From a virus, in IMG/VR virus record IMGVR_UViG_3300022745_000018, positions 1-64,000 of that record: a stretch of DNA of 64,000 nucleotides; one strand, given 5' to 3'. How positions within the stretch are numbered: the first letter of the stretch is position 1; each line of letters begins with the position of its first letter. The notes below the pieces were generated by a model. That model saw nothing but the letters and a program-made list of their open reading frames with translations. It was not told where the DNA came from and made no database searches. Of this stretch, positions 9,773 to 18,837 are shown piece after piece. Both the position numbers and the translations under genes were made by a program.

Positions 9773-9812
9773 TGTCGATGGTGTTATCATAACACACCAT
9801 CGTTCATGTAGT
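9773..9812 (-). promoter_or_regulatory. ACTACATG-N13-TATGAT promoter with CATCGACA start region
   Basis: Motif copy with 13-bp spacer. Confidence 0.7.
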
Positions 9813-9822
9813 TATTATGCAC

Positions 9823-9852
9823 TAGAAACAACAATGGGGCATGAAGCCCCAT
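9823..9852 (-). terminator. intrinsic terminator
   Basis: ATGGGGC-ttcat-GCCCCAT hairpin followed by TGTTGTTT on the minus strand. Confidence 0.7.
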
Positions 9853-9872
9853 CTAATAACAAAGATCGGTTA

Positions 9873-10322
9873 TTACCGCTGCTTGACGACCAATTGTCGA
9901 TTATCAAGAATGACTGGTTTCTCAACAATCGCTTTCTTCTTGATTACTGCAGTAGCTGGGATTGCTAGAAGCATAATTAGAATGAAAGCAACCAACCATC
10001 GTTTGAGATTCCTAACTTGGTCGTCAGTAAGATCATCAAAAACGCATGTATGATCTTCAGGAATCTTCTCACGTTCACGAGTCGCTTCAGATGGCCAATA
10101 GTTTGACCATTTGATGTTCTCGATTGGAATCAGATCTTTAGTGACGGCTGCAATACCAACTTCCTCAAGACTTGCTGTGGATTGTACGGGTGCAGACCAG
10201 TGTTCACCGTTCCAGAATCTCCAGATATCAAGATTCTCGTCAACAGATGCATTCCACCAATCAATGAAAGGTGGTGGACCTGTTCTCCATATAGGTGGCT
10301 GTGGACCCCATAGAGGTGACAT
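9873..10322 (-). CDS. Trp/Pro-rich hypothetical protein with C-terminal TM helix
   Basis: ORF with AAGGAG SD. Confidence 0.6.
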   Translation of the reverse strand: MSPLWGPQPPIWRTGPPPFIDWWNASVDENLDIWRFWNGEHWSAPVQSTASLEEVGIAAVTKDLIPIENIKWSNYWPSEATREREKIPEDHTCVFDDLTDDQVRNLKRWLVAFILIMLLAIPATAVIKKKAIVEKPVILDNRQLVVKQR

Positions 10323-10343
10323 AACTTTCTCCTTTATGTCTAT

Positions 10344-11342
10344 TTAAAGTTGTTTGGGTTTGTTGGAGGATGCCCAAACATCACCCCAAGTTCCAGTCAA
10401 TGAACCCTTGGCATAGTCAGTAACACGGTTCTCAAAGAAATTGGTAACAGACACACTCAACATACCATCAACCCAAGGCAAAGGATTCTTCTTGACTTTG
10501 AAGATACCTTTTAGACCCAATGCAATCAAGCGGCGGTCAGCGATGTAGCGAATGTACTGCTTCATTTCAGCTTTCGTCAGACGTTCTTGTTCATGAACAC
10601 CGTAAGCCAAGTCAATGAATGCGTCCTCGAGTTCAATCATCTTTTCAGCGATTGAATAAAGTTGAGACTTAAGATCATCGGTCCAAATATGACGGTTCTC
10701 TTTAATGAATTCGCGGAACAGACGAATCATAGAATCACAATGCAGACTCTCATCAGCGATCGAATATGCAATTTGTTGACCCATGCCTTTCATTTTGCCG
10801 TTTCTATTGAAGTTCAGCAACATCACAAACGAACTGAATAGTTGCATACCTTCGGTGAATGCTGAAAAGACGGCGACTTGTTGAGCAATCGAATTCTCAT
10901 CCTTTTGAATGAATGACTCAATGTATTCATGCTTTTCCTTCATTTCCTTGTATTGGAGGAATTCAGAATACGTCGTCTCTGGCATCCCTAAAGTCTCAAT
11001 GAGATGCGAATATGCAGCGATGTGAATAGCTTCACGAGCAGCAAAACTCGACAGCATCATTCTAACTTCAGGTTGAGGGAACAATGGCAGATAGTTATTG
11101 ACGTATGCACCAGCCACATCAATGTCACCTTGAGTGAAGAAACGGAAGATGTGTGTCAGGAATCTGCGTTCATTGTCGTCCAGTTTAGTTTCCCAGTCAA
11201 CAATATCTTCATGCATTGGAATCTCTGTATGGAGCCAATGCATTTGTTCCGAGGCCAAGAATGCTTGGTATGCCCATTCATAATTGAATGGCTTGAAGTA
11301 GTTACGGTTATCAGTCAGTTTGAGTTTAGTTTTCATGTTCAT
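10344..11342 (-). CDS. nrdB: ribonucleotide reductase class Ia beta subunit
   Basis: FFTQGDIDV, EAIHIAAYSHL, DESLH, NFFE motifs. Confidence 0.95.
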   Translation of the reverse strand: MNMKTKLKLTDNRNYFKPFNYEWAYQAFLASEQMHWLHTEIPMHEDIVDWETKLDDNERRFLTHIFRFFTQGDIDVAGAYVNNYLPLFPQPEVRMMLSSFAAREAIHIAAYSHLIETLGMPETTYSEFLQYKEMKEKHEYIESFIQKDENSIAQQVAVFSAFTEGMQLFSSFVMLLNFNRNGKMKGMGQQIAYSIADESLHCDSMIRLFREFIKENRHIWTDDLKSQLYSIAEKMIELEDAFIDLAYGVHEQERLTKAEMKQYIRYIADRRLIALGLKGIFKVKKNPLPWVDGMLSVSVTNFFENRVTDYAKGSLTGTWGDVWASSNKPKQL

Positions 11343-11343
11343 A

Positions 11344-13191
11344 TCATCCTTCACAAGCAACACAAGCAGTACCATCAGCAATTGCTTGAATGTCGATTTC
11401 GTCTTCAATTCGTTTGCGTTCAATCCTACGACCGACTTTATCGGCCTTCCGAGCCTTAGACGATCTGCAGTAATATAGAGACTTCAGACCTTTCTTCCAT
11501 GCTTGAAAGTGGACAGCATGCAAGTATTTGATGTTGGTATCTGGTCTGAACCACAGATTGACTGACTGAGCTTGGTCAATGAATTCCTGACGATCACCAG
11601 CCAATTCAACAATCCATAACTGGTTGATCTCCATGGCAGTAGCATAAACTGCTTTAGTGTATTCGTCCATCCAATCCAACGACTGAACTGAACCGTCGTC
11701 TGCGGTGATGACCGCCCAAGTATCGTCATACCACCCTGCTTTATGTTTCTCTGACTCTTTCTTGATGATTACATCCAAGAATTTGTTCTTAGTCACGAAT
11801 GCACCGGATGTAGTATCTTGACGATAGACATTGGCCGTGTACGGTTCAATTGATGGAGATGTGTTGCCCATAATGATTGAACTTGTTGCATTTGGAGCAA
11901 TAGCGGTCATATGGCTGAAGCGGACATTGACTCCATAGTCAGCGGCATCAGGACACGGCCCTCTAAGATTGGCCAAATGTACATTAGTTTCATCCAGTTT
12001 CTTCTTGATATTCTTGAAGATTTGGATATTCAGACCTTTAGTCATCGGGCTCTCGAAGGCGAGATTGTTCTTCTGCAAGTATGCATGGAACCCCAAAGCA
12101 CCGATACCAATTGACCGTTCTCTCATTGCGGAGAACTTTGCACGGTGAATTGAATCTGGTGCATTCTGAATGAAGAACTCCAATGCATTGTCCAGCATCT
12201 CAGCGATATCACTCAAGAATAGCGGCGAATCTTTCCAATCATCATAGTATTCTAAGTTGGTGGATGATAAGCAGCAGACGGCCGTACGTTCAGCCGATGT
12301 AGCCAGGGAGATTTCGGTACATAGATTGCTACCGTGATTGGACAGTCCTGCATCTTTTTGGAACTGCGGCATATGACGGTTAGCTGCATCAATGAACCAC
12401 ATGAATGGTTCGCCATTACCAACACGCAATTCCAACCACTTTTCCCACAAGTACTTCGCAGACACTGTCTCAACGACTTTACCAGTGTTCGGCTGAATCA
12501 ATTCAAACGAATCATCTGCATTTGGATCCATCATACATTTCTGAATGATCTCCATGAATTTGTCGGAGATATTGATGCCATGATTGAGATTCAATGTTTT
12601 CAGGTTCTGATCACCAGTGACTTTGCGCATCTCAGAGAAACGAATGATCTCTGGGTGAGAATCATTCAACCATGTTGCGTATGAACCACGACGTGTGGAA
12701 CCCTGCTTATATGCTAAACAAGATGCATCATATGTCTTCAAGTGAGGCATGATTCCAGTAGACTTCTCATCAGCGCCGCGGATAGCCACATGAATGCCTA
12801 CACCGCCGCCCAACATAGAGAGACGGTTAGTCTCCGATAGATTGTCAATCAAGCCATCTGATGTATCTGCCAAGTAGTTCAGATAACATGAAATCGGCAT
12901 CCCGTTCTTGTTACGACCAAATGATAGCAATGGAGTTGAATACGACAGCCAATGTTTACTAGCATAATCATACAGACGTTGGGCATGAGCCTCGCTTGTA
13001 GCGAATGCCGCAGACACATACTTAAATCGTTCCTGTGGTGACGTCTCACCTTGCTTGAAATACGATTCCTCTAAACGACGACGGCCGAGCTCGTCAAATA
13101 ACATATCACGAGATGGATCCGTCTTGATTGAAGCTAGCATTCTTTCGTGGTGCTCGGCGAATCCTTTTCCGAATTTGTGTGAAATTTCCAT
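11344..13191 (-). CDS. nrdA: ribonucleotide reductase class Ia alpha subunit
   Basis: PISC, SNLCTEI, AIAPNATSS, KSLYY, C-terminal CVACEG. Confidence 0.95.
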   Translation of the reverse strand: MEISHKFGKGFAEHHERMLASIKTDPSRDMLFDELGRRRLEESYFKQGETSPQERFKYVSAAFATSEAHAQRLYDYASKHWLSYSTPLLSFGRNKNGMPISCYLNYLADTSDGLIDNLSETNRLSMLGGGVGIHVAIRGADEKSTGIMPHLKTYDASCLAYKQGSTRRGSYATWLNDSHPEIIRFSEMRKVTGDQNLKTLNLNHGINISDKFMEIIQKCMMDPNADDSFELIQPNTGKVVETVSAKYLWEKWLELRVGNGEPFMWFIDAANRHMPQFQKDAGLSNHGSNLCTEISLATSAERTAVCCLSSTNLEYYDDWKDSPLFLSDIAEMLDNALEFFIQNAPDSIHRAKFSAMRERSIGIGALGFHAYLQKNNLAFESPMTKGLNIQIFKNIKKKLDETNVHLANLRGPCPDAADYGVNVRFSHMTAIAPNATSSIIMGNTSPSIEPYTANVYRQDTTSGAFVTKNKFLDVIIKKESEKHKAGWYDDTWAVITADDGSVQSLDWMDEYTKAVYATAMEINQLWIVELAGDRQEFIDQAQSVNLWFRPDTNIKYLHAVHFQAWKKGLKSLYYCRSSKARKADKVGRRIERKRIEDEIDIQAIADGTACVACEG

Positions 13192-13208
13192 TTGTCCTGT
13201 ATGAACAG

Positions 13209-14306
13209 TCACGTTTTTCTCCATGCATTGAATTTGAGTTGGGCCATGAGCCCGCTGAATGTGTTTTTCTTGATTATGTTTAGAGGATCTTTACCTGACA
13301 GCACCATGTCATTGATATCTTCCTTTTCGTTCACTATATTTGGCCAAATGACTATTCTGTATCCTTCATCAATTGCCTTCTGATATTGTTTATGAATGTC
13401 TTTGTTTCTTGGTTCGTTATCAAGAACAAGAATCATTCTGTTTTGATTTAAACCGCAAAACTTCGTCAGTTTCTTCGCAGTGGAGACCAACGAAGCATTG
13501 ACTGATGCTATGCAATTTGGTAGGAATAGGCTATCCAAAGGACCCTCAACAACAATGACTTCCTCAGACAGATTCAATCTGTCAACACCGAAGATCTTGG
13601 GTGTCTTTGGGTCAACCGTGATTGTGATGTACTTTAGTTTGGATTTACCAGATAAGTCTCTACCTTGGAATGCATAGACATTGCCCTTTCTATCGAAGAA
13701 TGGAATAACTAGACGTCGCTCATCCTTCTTCGGTATCTCCATCTCACCATTGAAAGTCTGCGCAAACTCGTAAAACTTATCCGCAACTTGATACGGGTAT
13801 ATAGGAAGCTTCCTGTTGGCGATGTAGATGTTAGCAGGGTGATCCGACGGAAGGTCTTTCGTGTATGGTAATTCGAGAACGAATTTCCTATTCGTATCGT
13901 CTTCACTGACTTCAGGTTTCGTTTCTTCAACCGATACCGAGTTGTCTTCGACAGAAGATGTGCCGATCTGTATGATTTTGGGTGGTACAAAGCCATCTAC
14001 ATCATCCTTTTTCTTGATAGACTTTGTTCTGTATGTTTCAAAGATCCATTCGTCAAAAAGTTGTTTGAAATTCTCTTTGAGAAAAATAAACAGAGATGAC
14101 GAATGACCGCAGTTATGACAGATCGTATTGATGGATTTGTCGATCTCATACATGTAGAACCGAGTCTTGGTTTTTGATTTCGCGCTATCTCCACAGAGTG
14201 GGCATCTAGCGACGGCCAAGAACGGTGATGGTTTTCTGATCTTGAATCTAGATAGAGATGCACCAACAAGTTTGGCATACTTCAGTTGCAAATAATAATC
14301 TGACAT
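13209..14306 (-). CDS. 61: DNA primase (gp61)
   Basis: RCPLCGDS...CHNCG zinc finger; VEGPLDS and DNEPRN TOPRIM motifs. Confidence 0.93.
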   Translation of the reverse strand: MSDYYLQLKYAKLVGASLSRFKIRKPSPFLAVARCPLCGDSAKSKTKTRFYMYEIDKSINTICHNCGHSSSLFIFLKENFKQLFDEWIFETYRTKSIKKKDDVDGFVPPKIIQIGTSSVEDNSVSVEETKPEVSEDDTNRKFVLELPYTKDLPSDHPANIYIANRKLPIYPYQVADKFYEFAQTFNGEMEIPKKDERRLVIPFFDRKGNVYAFQGRDLSGKSKLKYITITVDPKTPKIFGVDRLNLSEEVIVVEGPLDSLFLPNCIASVNASLVSTAKKLTKFCGLNQNRMILVLDNEPRNKDIHKQYQKAIDEGYRIVIWPNIVNEKEDINDMVLSGKDPLNIIKKNTFSGLMAQLKFNAWRKT

Positions 14307-14312
14307 ATATTG

Positions 14313-14341
14313 ATTCTATATCAGCAATCACGAAATTGAAA
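14313..14341 (-). promoter_or_regulatory. sigma70-like promoter TTTCAA-N17-TAGAAT, probably giving leaderless primase mRNA
   Basis: ATG starts 6 nt after the -10 box; no SD. Confidence 0.5.
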
Positions 14342-14347
14342 ATTTTC

Positions 14348-14776
14348 TTAATGGATGACGATTGGGTAGTTGGCTCCACCTGATTGAATGATCTGTTCAC
14401 CAAATTCAAGCTTGTCCATTTCAATAGACTCTCGAAGGCGCCATTTGCTGTCCTCAATCACTATCTTGCTGATGCTATGGTAGTACTTACGTGTATCGTG
14501 CTCCGAACACTCAACAATAGACACAGCATTAGACAACTTGATGACGACTTCTTGATCAAAATCAACAAACGGCATGTAGAGTGTCGGAATCATTGCCGTC
14601 TGCATTTCACCATTACCCATTTCGATATCGGCCTGCATAAATCTCAATGGAGCATATAGACCGATTTTCGTCTGAGTGTTTGTTTCACCCAGTTGACCGA
14701 CCACATACGAGCCATCAACAAGAACGATAGCAACTACAGGTGCTAGAGTTTCCTCTTCAATCAATTCTTCAACCAT
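14348..14776 (-). CDS. hypothetical protein (Sm-like fold plausible)
   Basis: ORF downstream of uvsW, a position often filled by a small conserved gene in T4-like phages. Confidence 0.6.
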   Translation of the reverse strand: MVEELIEEETLAPVVAIVLVDGSYVVGQLGETNTQTKIGLYAPLRFMQADIEMGNGEMQTAMIPTLYMPFVDFDQEVVIKLSNAVSIVECSEHDTRKYYHSISKIVIEDSKWRLRESIEMDKLEFGEQIIQSGGANYPIVIH

Positions 14777-16259
14777 CTTTTAGTTCCAATGTAATCACTT
14801 TGAATGTATATCCTTCTCTAACATATTCTTTGATACGCTCTGTTAGATGAGTGTACGAAGTGTTTACGCTAGACTTATAGGATATATTATCACTGATATC
14901 GTACAATGTACAAAATTCTTTGCCTTTGAATTTTCGCAAACCACGACCGATAGATTGCAGCAGTGTTATATGAGACTTGATCGGATGAGCGAGGATGATG
15001 TTCTCGATGGCAGGTACATTGATGCCTGTTGAGAATGTTCCATAGGAAGCGATAACGATGTCATTAGTACCACCCAACTGGATACGGATTTCTTCTCTAT
15101 CATCACCAGCAACATCACCATCAACATAGTGGATGTTTCTATCAGAGTCTTTGAGAAGATTGTGGAGATCTTTCCCTTGTTCTTTGTATCTAAACAGAAC
15201 AAGAGTCACGCCTTTGCAAGTCAGCGCAAGTTTCTTAATGAACTTCTGACGCTTAGGTCTACTGATGATGTAAGAAATTTCTTCGTCGTATTCCACTTTC
15301 TGAATTGCTTTTCCGATCTCCGGTGGATACTTCAGAGTGATACAGCGAATCTTAAGTGGTGTCAAGATACCACGAGCAATCAGTTCCTTCGCAGTAGCAA
15401 CTACAAACACTTGCCCGGTCAGACCTCGCATGACCATCATGTTACACAAGGTATTATGTAACGTCCCAGTACATGTTAGTTTGTATGGGGTCTCCAATGC
15501 CTTCTCGTAAATTGCACTGATTGAAGCGGCTTTGATCTTGTGACCTTCATCACCAAAGATGCACATGAACTGGCTGAGCCATTCAGAATCAATCTTCAGC
15601 AGACTCTGGAATGTTGAGACGGTGATTTTCTTTTTCGTGTTCTTCGTGACACCCGCAGTGATTGCATGACAGTTCTCCTCAGCATCCCAATCTGTACCAG
15701 CTGCATATGTAGCGAAATCCGCGATCAATTGTTTCGTTAGACCGATCGTAGGTACAACTATCAATGATTTGCCGTTTAGAACATCACTGATGTATCGACA
15801 TACACAATAGATGATAGCCGATTTCCCGGCAGATGTCACTGCATGAAGAATGCATCGGCGATTCTTGATTGAATCGTAGATCGCTCTCAACTGGTAGTCG
15901 TGCAACTGTAAAGGTTGACCTTCAGAGTTCTTTAGACCAAGAGAGTCAACGAAAGCTTCAATTTCCTCTACAGAAACATCCAGAACATCAGTAGGTTTAC
16001 CGAAATCCGATTCACCGTATTCAATCGGCTCACCAGATTCCTCTAGCATTTCCATCAGTTCTGGCCATAGACCTAAAGGCAGCCTACGTTTGACGATGTC
16101 GAATAGACGAATCATTCCATCCCATTGCCCGGATCTACCTTTTGGTGTGAATCTCCACCCAGGAACCTCAAATGAAAACTTCTCTCTCAAACTGAGAGCC
16201 AAGTCCATTTCGCATTTGATGTGTAAGAATGATTCGTTTAGTTTCGTGACGACTGCCAT
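14769..16259 (-). CDS. uvsW: UvsW SF2 DNA helicase
   Basis: WDGMIRLF, TSAGKS, DEGH, QSIGRGLR motifs. Confidence 0.93.
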   Translation of the reverse strand: MAVVTKLNESFLHIKCEMDLALSLREKFSFEVPGWRFTPKGRSGQWDGMIRLFDIVKRRLPLGLWPELMEMLEESGEPIEYGESDFGKPTDVLDVSVEEIEAFVDSLGLKNSEGQPLQLHDYQLRAIYDSIKNRRCILHAVTSAGKSAIIYCVCRYISDVLNGKSLIVVPTIGLTKQLIADFATYAAGTDWDAEENCHAITAGVTKNTKKKITVSTFQSLLKIDSEWLSQFMCIFGDEGHKIKAASISAIYEKALETPYKLTCTGTLHNTLCNMMVMRGLTGQVFVVATAKELIARGILTPLKIRCITLKYPPEIGKAIQKVEYDEEISYIISRPKRQKFIKKLALTCKGVTLVLFRYKEQGKDLHNLLKDSDRNIHYVDGDVAGDDREEIRIQLGGTNDIVIASYGTFSTGINVPAIENIILAHPIKSHITLLQSIGRGLRKFKGKEFCTLYDISDNISYKSSVNTSYTHLTERIKEYVREGYTFKVITLELKDG

Positions 16260-16699
16260 TAACCACCAGCCAAATATTTTGTATGCTCTACCAAATTCCT
16301 GAAAAGATAGTACCGGTTACCAATATCACGCATGATTGATTCTGCAGATGATATCAGAGTATCCATGTAATTGATCTGCTCTTGAATTCTCTGAATCGAC
16401 TCATCTGCTTCGATCAATGTTTCCATTTCAGATTTCAATGGTCGTTTGAATAGATACTGCTTTAATCCAGCAGCATCCAGTTCCTCTTTTGTAAGTTCGC
16501 CGTTATAATACCTGGTCATGAATTGGCGTTCTTTCTGGAGCTTTAGAACGAGCCGTCTTTGATTCAGTTTGTAATCTTGGAGGATCTCTAAATACTTGGA
16601 ATGCAGAATCGGATGTCTATACATGACATCTAGCAGATTCGCTGGATCCAATTTAGAATCTTCTTTCCAAGATTCAATCAATTCATTATGAGTTAGCAT
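16259..16699 (-). CDS. uvsY: recombination mediator UvsY
   Basis: WKEDSK...LHSKYL...YYNG; adjacent to uvsW. Confidence 0.85.
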   Translation of the reverse strand: MLTHNELIESWKEDSKLDPANLLDVMYRHPILHSKYLEILQDYKLNQRRLVLKLQKERQFMTRYYNGELTKEELDAAGLKQYLFKRPLKSEMETLIEADESIQRIQEQINYMDTLISSAESIMRDIGNRYYLFRNLVEHTKYLAGG

Positions 16700-17185
16700 T
16701 TAAGGATTTGCTGAATTGTTGAGAACGAAGTGTGTATACTTCAATGTCACTGTAGCATGAACTGGGCGCGGTTCGTTGTCGGTTTCAAATTGCAGTTCCG
16801 ATAGACTAACAGGAAATGCATCAACGAATTTGAACTTTAGCAATGGATTGCTTGTGTTATCCAATACGATCAAGAATGCATCAGATAGATGATCTTTGAG
16901 TGTATCTTTCTGCGGTTGTCTATTATCAAAACGATGCGATGTCATCCAATTGAAGACTTCTATGTAATTTTCGCAAGCATCGTCCACAGTGAATTGAATC
17001 TGTAGATTACCAAACTCTGCTTGTGATCCTGGCACGAAGCCAGAATCGTCTATGTAACCTGCTTGCGCTGGCATCACCAATACTTCTGGTAGATTCACAT
17101 CAGTGACGAAAAAACTTGTTTCTGGAATTCGGTCAATCTTGAACACGAATTTGTTTGATTGGAGTACATTGTATGCACAATTCAT
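16700..17185 (-). CDS. 3: tail completion / sheath stabilizer (gp3-like)
   Basis: Tail-tube-fold pattern FxVDD...NY...W...DAFPVSLS; gp3-uvsY-uvsW synteny. Confidence 0.8.
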   Translation of the reverse strand: MNCAYNVLQSNKFVFKIDRIPETSFFVTDVNLPEVLVMPAQAGYIDDSGFVPGSQAEFGNLQIQFTVDDACENYIEVFNWMTSHRFDNRQPQKDTLKDHLSDAFLIVLDNTSNPLLKFKFVDAFPVSLSELQFETDNEPRPVHATVTLKYTHFVLNNSANP

Positions 17186-17336
17186 TAGAAATCCTCAATT
17201 ACAATTTCAATAGAGATTTGTCTATATGTAGAAGTGTGTGGATGCCGCTAGATTCATTTTAGATTGAATGGACATGGTATCCATTAAGCAATGAACAAAA
17301 TGCATCTGGATGCTTCTAACATCAAGACCACAGATT

Positions 17337-17365
17337 ATTTTAATTCACTGATTTGTGAATGTAAA
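17337..17365 (-). promoter_or_regulatory. sigma70-like promoter TTTACA-N17-TAAAAT
   Basis: Recurring AAAATTTTACA -35 context. Confidence 0.65.
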
Positions 17366-17375
17366 ATTTTACTCT

Positions 17376-17413
17376 CTAGAAACAACAAAGGAACCAATGA
17401 AGGTTCCTTTGTT
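17376..17413 (-). terminator. intrinsic terminator after the major capsid gene
   Basis: AACAAAGGAACC/GGTTCCTTTGTT stem followed by GTTTCT. Confidence 0.8.
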
Positions 17414-17448
17414 TGAATTTACATGATAGTTAAGTCATGTTGAAATCA

Positions 17449-18744
17449 TCACAGGATAGATTTCACAGCGGCAATGCGGTAGTAAGCATTGGTACGACCA
17501 GCAGCAGAGTAGAATGGATGGCGAGCGAACGCATATCTCATTCTGTAAGCCATGACAGGAGTCATGGTGTTGTGGTTAGTACCACGAACCATCTGCAGTG
17601 GAACGTATGGGCAGTAGAACATACCGGCATCCCATGCGGATTCACCTTTGTAACCAACCATGAAGAATTGACTGTTTCCAGTGTAAGGGTCAACGTACAC
17701 TTTCATTCCACCGTTCTTCAGAACACCAGCGAATGTGGCGCCGGCTGGATTCACATTCAGGTTACTTTGCAGAGCAGGAGCATAATCCAACACGCCAGCC
17801 ATCGACAGGGCAGATGCCACGTCAGCGGAACAGACTAGGATGTTACCTTTACCTTGCAGAGTTTCTTGAGCGATCTTGTTGGCTTCACGTTCGATTTGGA
17901 ACAACAGACCTTTATGACGTTCTGCCAACCAACGGCCATCAGAATCAGTCAAACAGTTGAACACACCAGGAACGGTAGCTTCTTGAGCACCAACCTTAGC
18001 AGCTGAGTAGCAAGTACGCAGAGCTTCACGGTTCACATCAGCCAGCAACGCAGTAGACAGAATGCTAGACAACTCAACGTCAGCATCCAGACCATGCATC
18101 TTCTGCAGATCTTGAGCGAACTCATGAGTGTAACCAGTCTTCAGAGCACGGGCTTTCGCGGAAACCATCATCTGTTCAACAGTGAATGACATTTCACCGA
18201 AGTCAGTACCACCAACACCTGAACCTAGTTGTTCAGCAGCGGCTGTGGTCATACCAGTACCAGTTGTGTAGGTACCGAATTGGTTGCCAGCTGTACCAGC
18301 ATCTTGGTCCACGAAGTCGGCAGTAGGATCGCTACCTGCATGAGTACCGGTGCCAGAGAAACCAGTATTCACTTCGTTAAACAGAGCTTCGGAACCAGCT
18401 TGTGAACCGTAACGTGAACGCAGAGCGAACACGAGGCCAGTAGGAGCACGCAGAGGTTGCACACCCATGATGTCGTAACCGATCAGCTTAGGAGCAGATC
18501 TACGAACCATAGAGATCAGCACAGGATCGAATTTGCTCAGACCAGTACCGTCGGTTGGATAACCTTGGGTTTGTGTAGTAGGAGCAGCTTCGTTCAACTG
18601 ACCACGTTGTTCGCGAATATCGTTGTCGGTATTCTCAAGCAACACAGCAGTAGTGCGCAAACGATTTGCATCGGTAATTTTGTCTAGACCAGGTGCATTC
18701 AGCACTGAGTCCCATTTTTCAATCAGTTGTTCAACTGTCTTCAT
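17449..18744 (-). CDS. 23: major capsid protein (gp23)
   Basis: KW..L...LLEN, FDPVLISMVRR, GVQP...PTGLVFALRSRY, AQDL..HGLDA, FYCPYVPL. Confidence 0.97.
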   Translation of the reverse strand: MKTVEQLIEKWDSVLNAPGLDKITDANRLRTTAVLLENTDNDIREQRGQLNEAAPTTQTQGYPTDGTGLSKFDPVLISMVRRSAPKLIGYDIMGVQPLRAPTGLVFALRSRYGSQAGSEALFNEVNTGFSGTGTHAGSDPTADFVDQDAGTAGNQFGTYTTGTGMTTAAAEQLGSGVGGTDFGEMSFTVEQMMVSAKARALKTGYTHEFAQDLQKMHGLDADVELSSILSTALLADVNREALRTCYSAAKVGAQEATVPGVFNCLTDSDGRWLAERHKGLLFQIEREANKIAQETLQGKGNILVCSADVASALSMAGVLDYAPALQSNLNVNPAGATFAGVLKNGGMKVYVDPYTGNSQFFMVGYKGESAWDAGMFYCPYVPLQMVRGTNHNTMTPVMAYRMRYAFARHPFYSAAGRTNAYYRIAAVKSIL

Positions 18745-18837
18745 TTCTCATCTCTTTCTTAATTGATGGGTTTGATGTAAATCACAAACCTGTGAAATAA
18801 TTTATCTTATTTCAATTTCACGGTTTGTGCATCGGGA

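Noticed and set aside
11344-13191. Inteins or introns in nrdA (also considered for nrdB, gp41, gp43 and thyA)
   Set aside because: The ORFs are continuous, of ordinary or compact length, and show no intein junction motifs.
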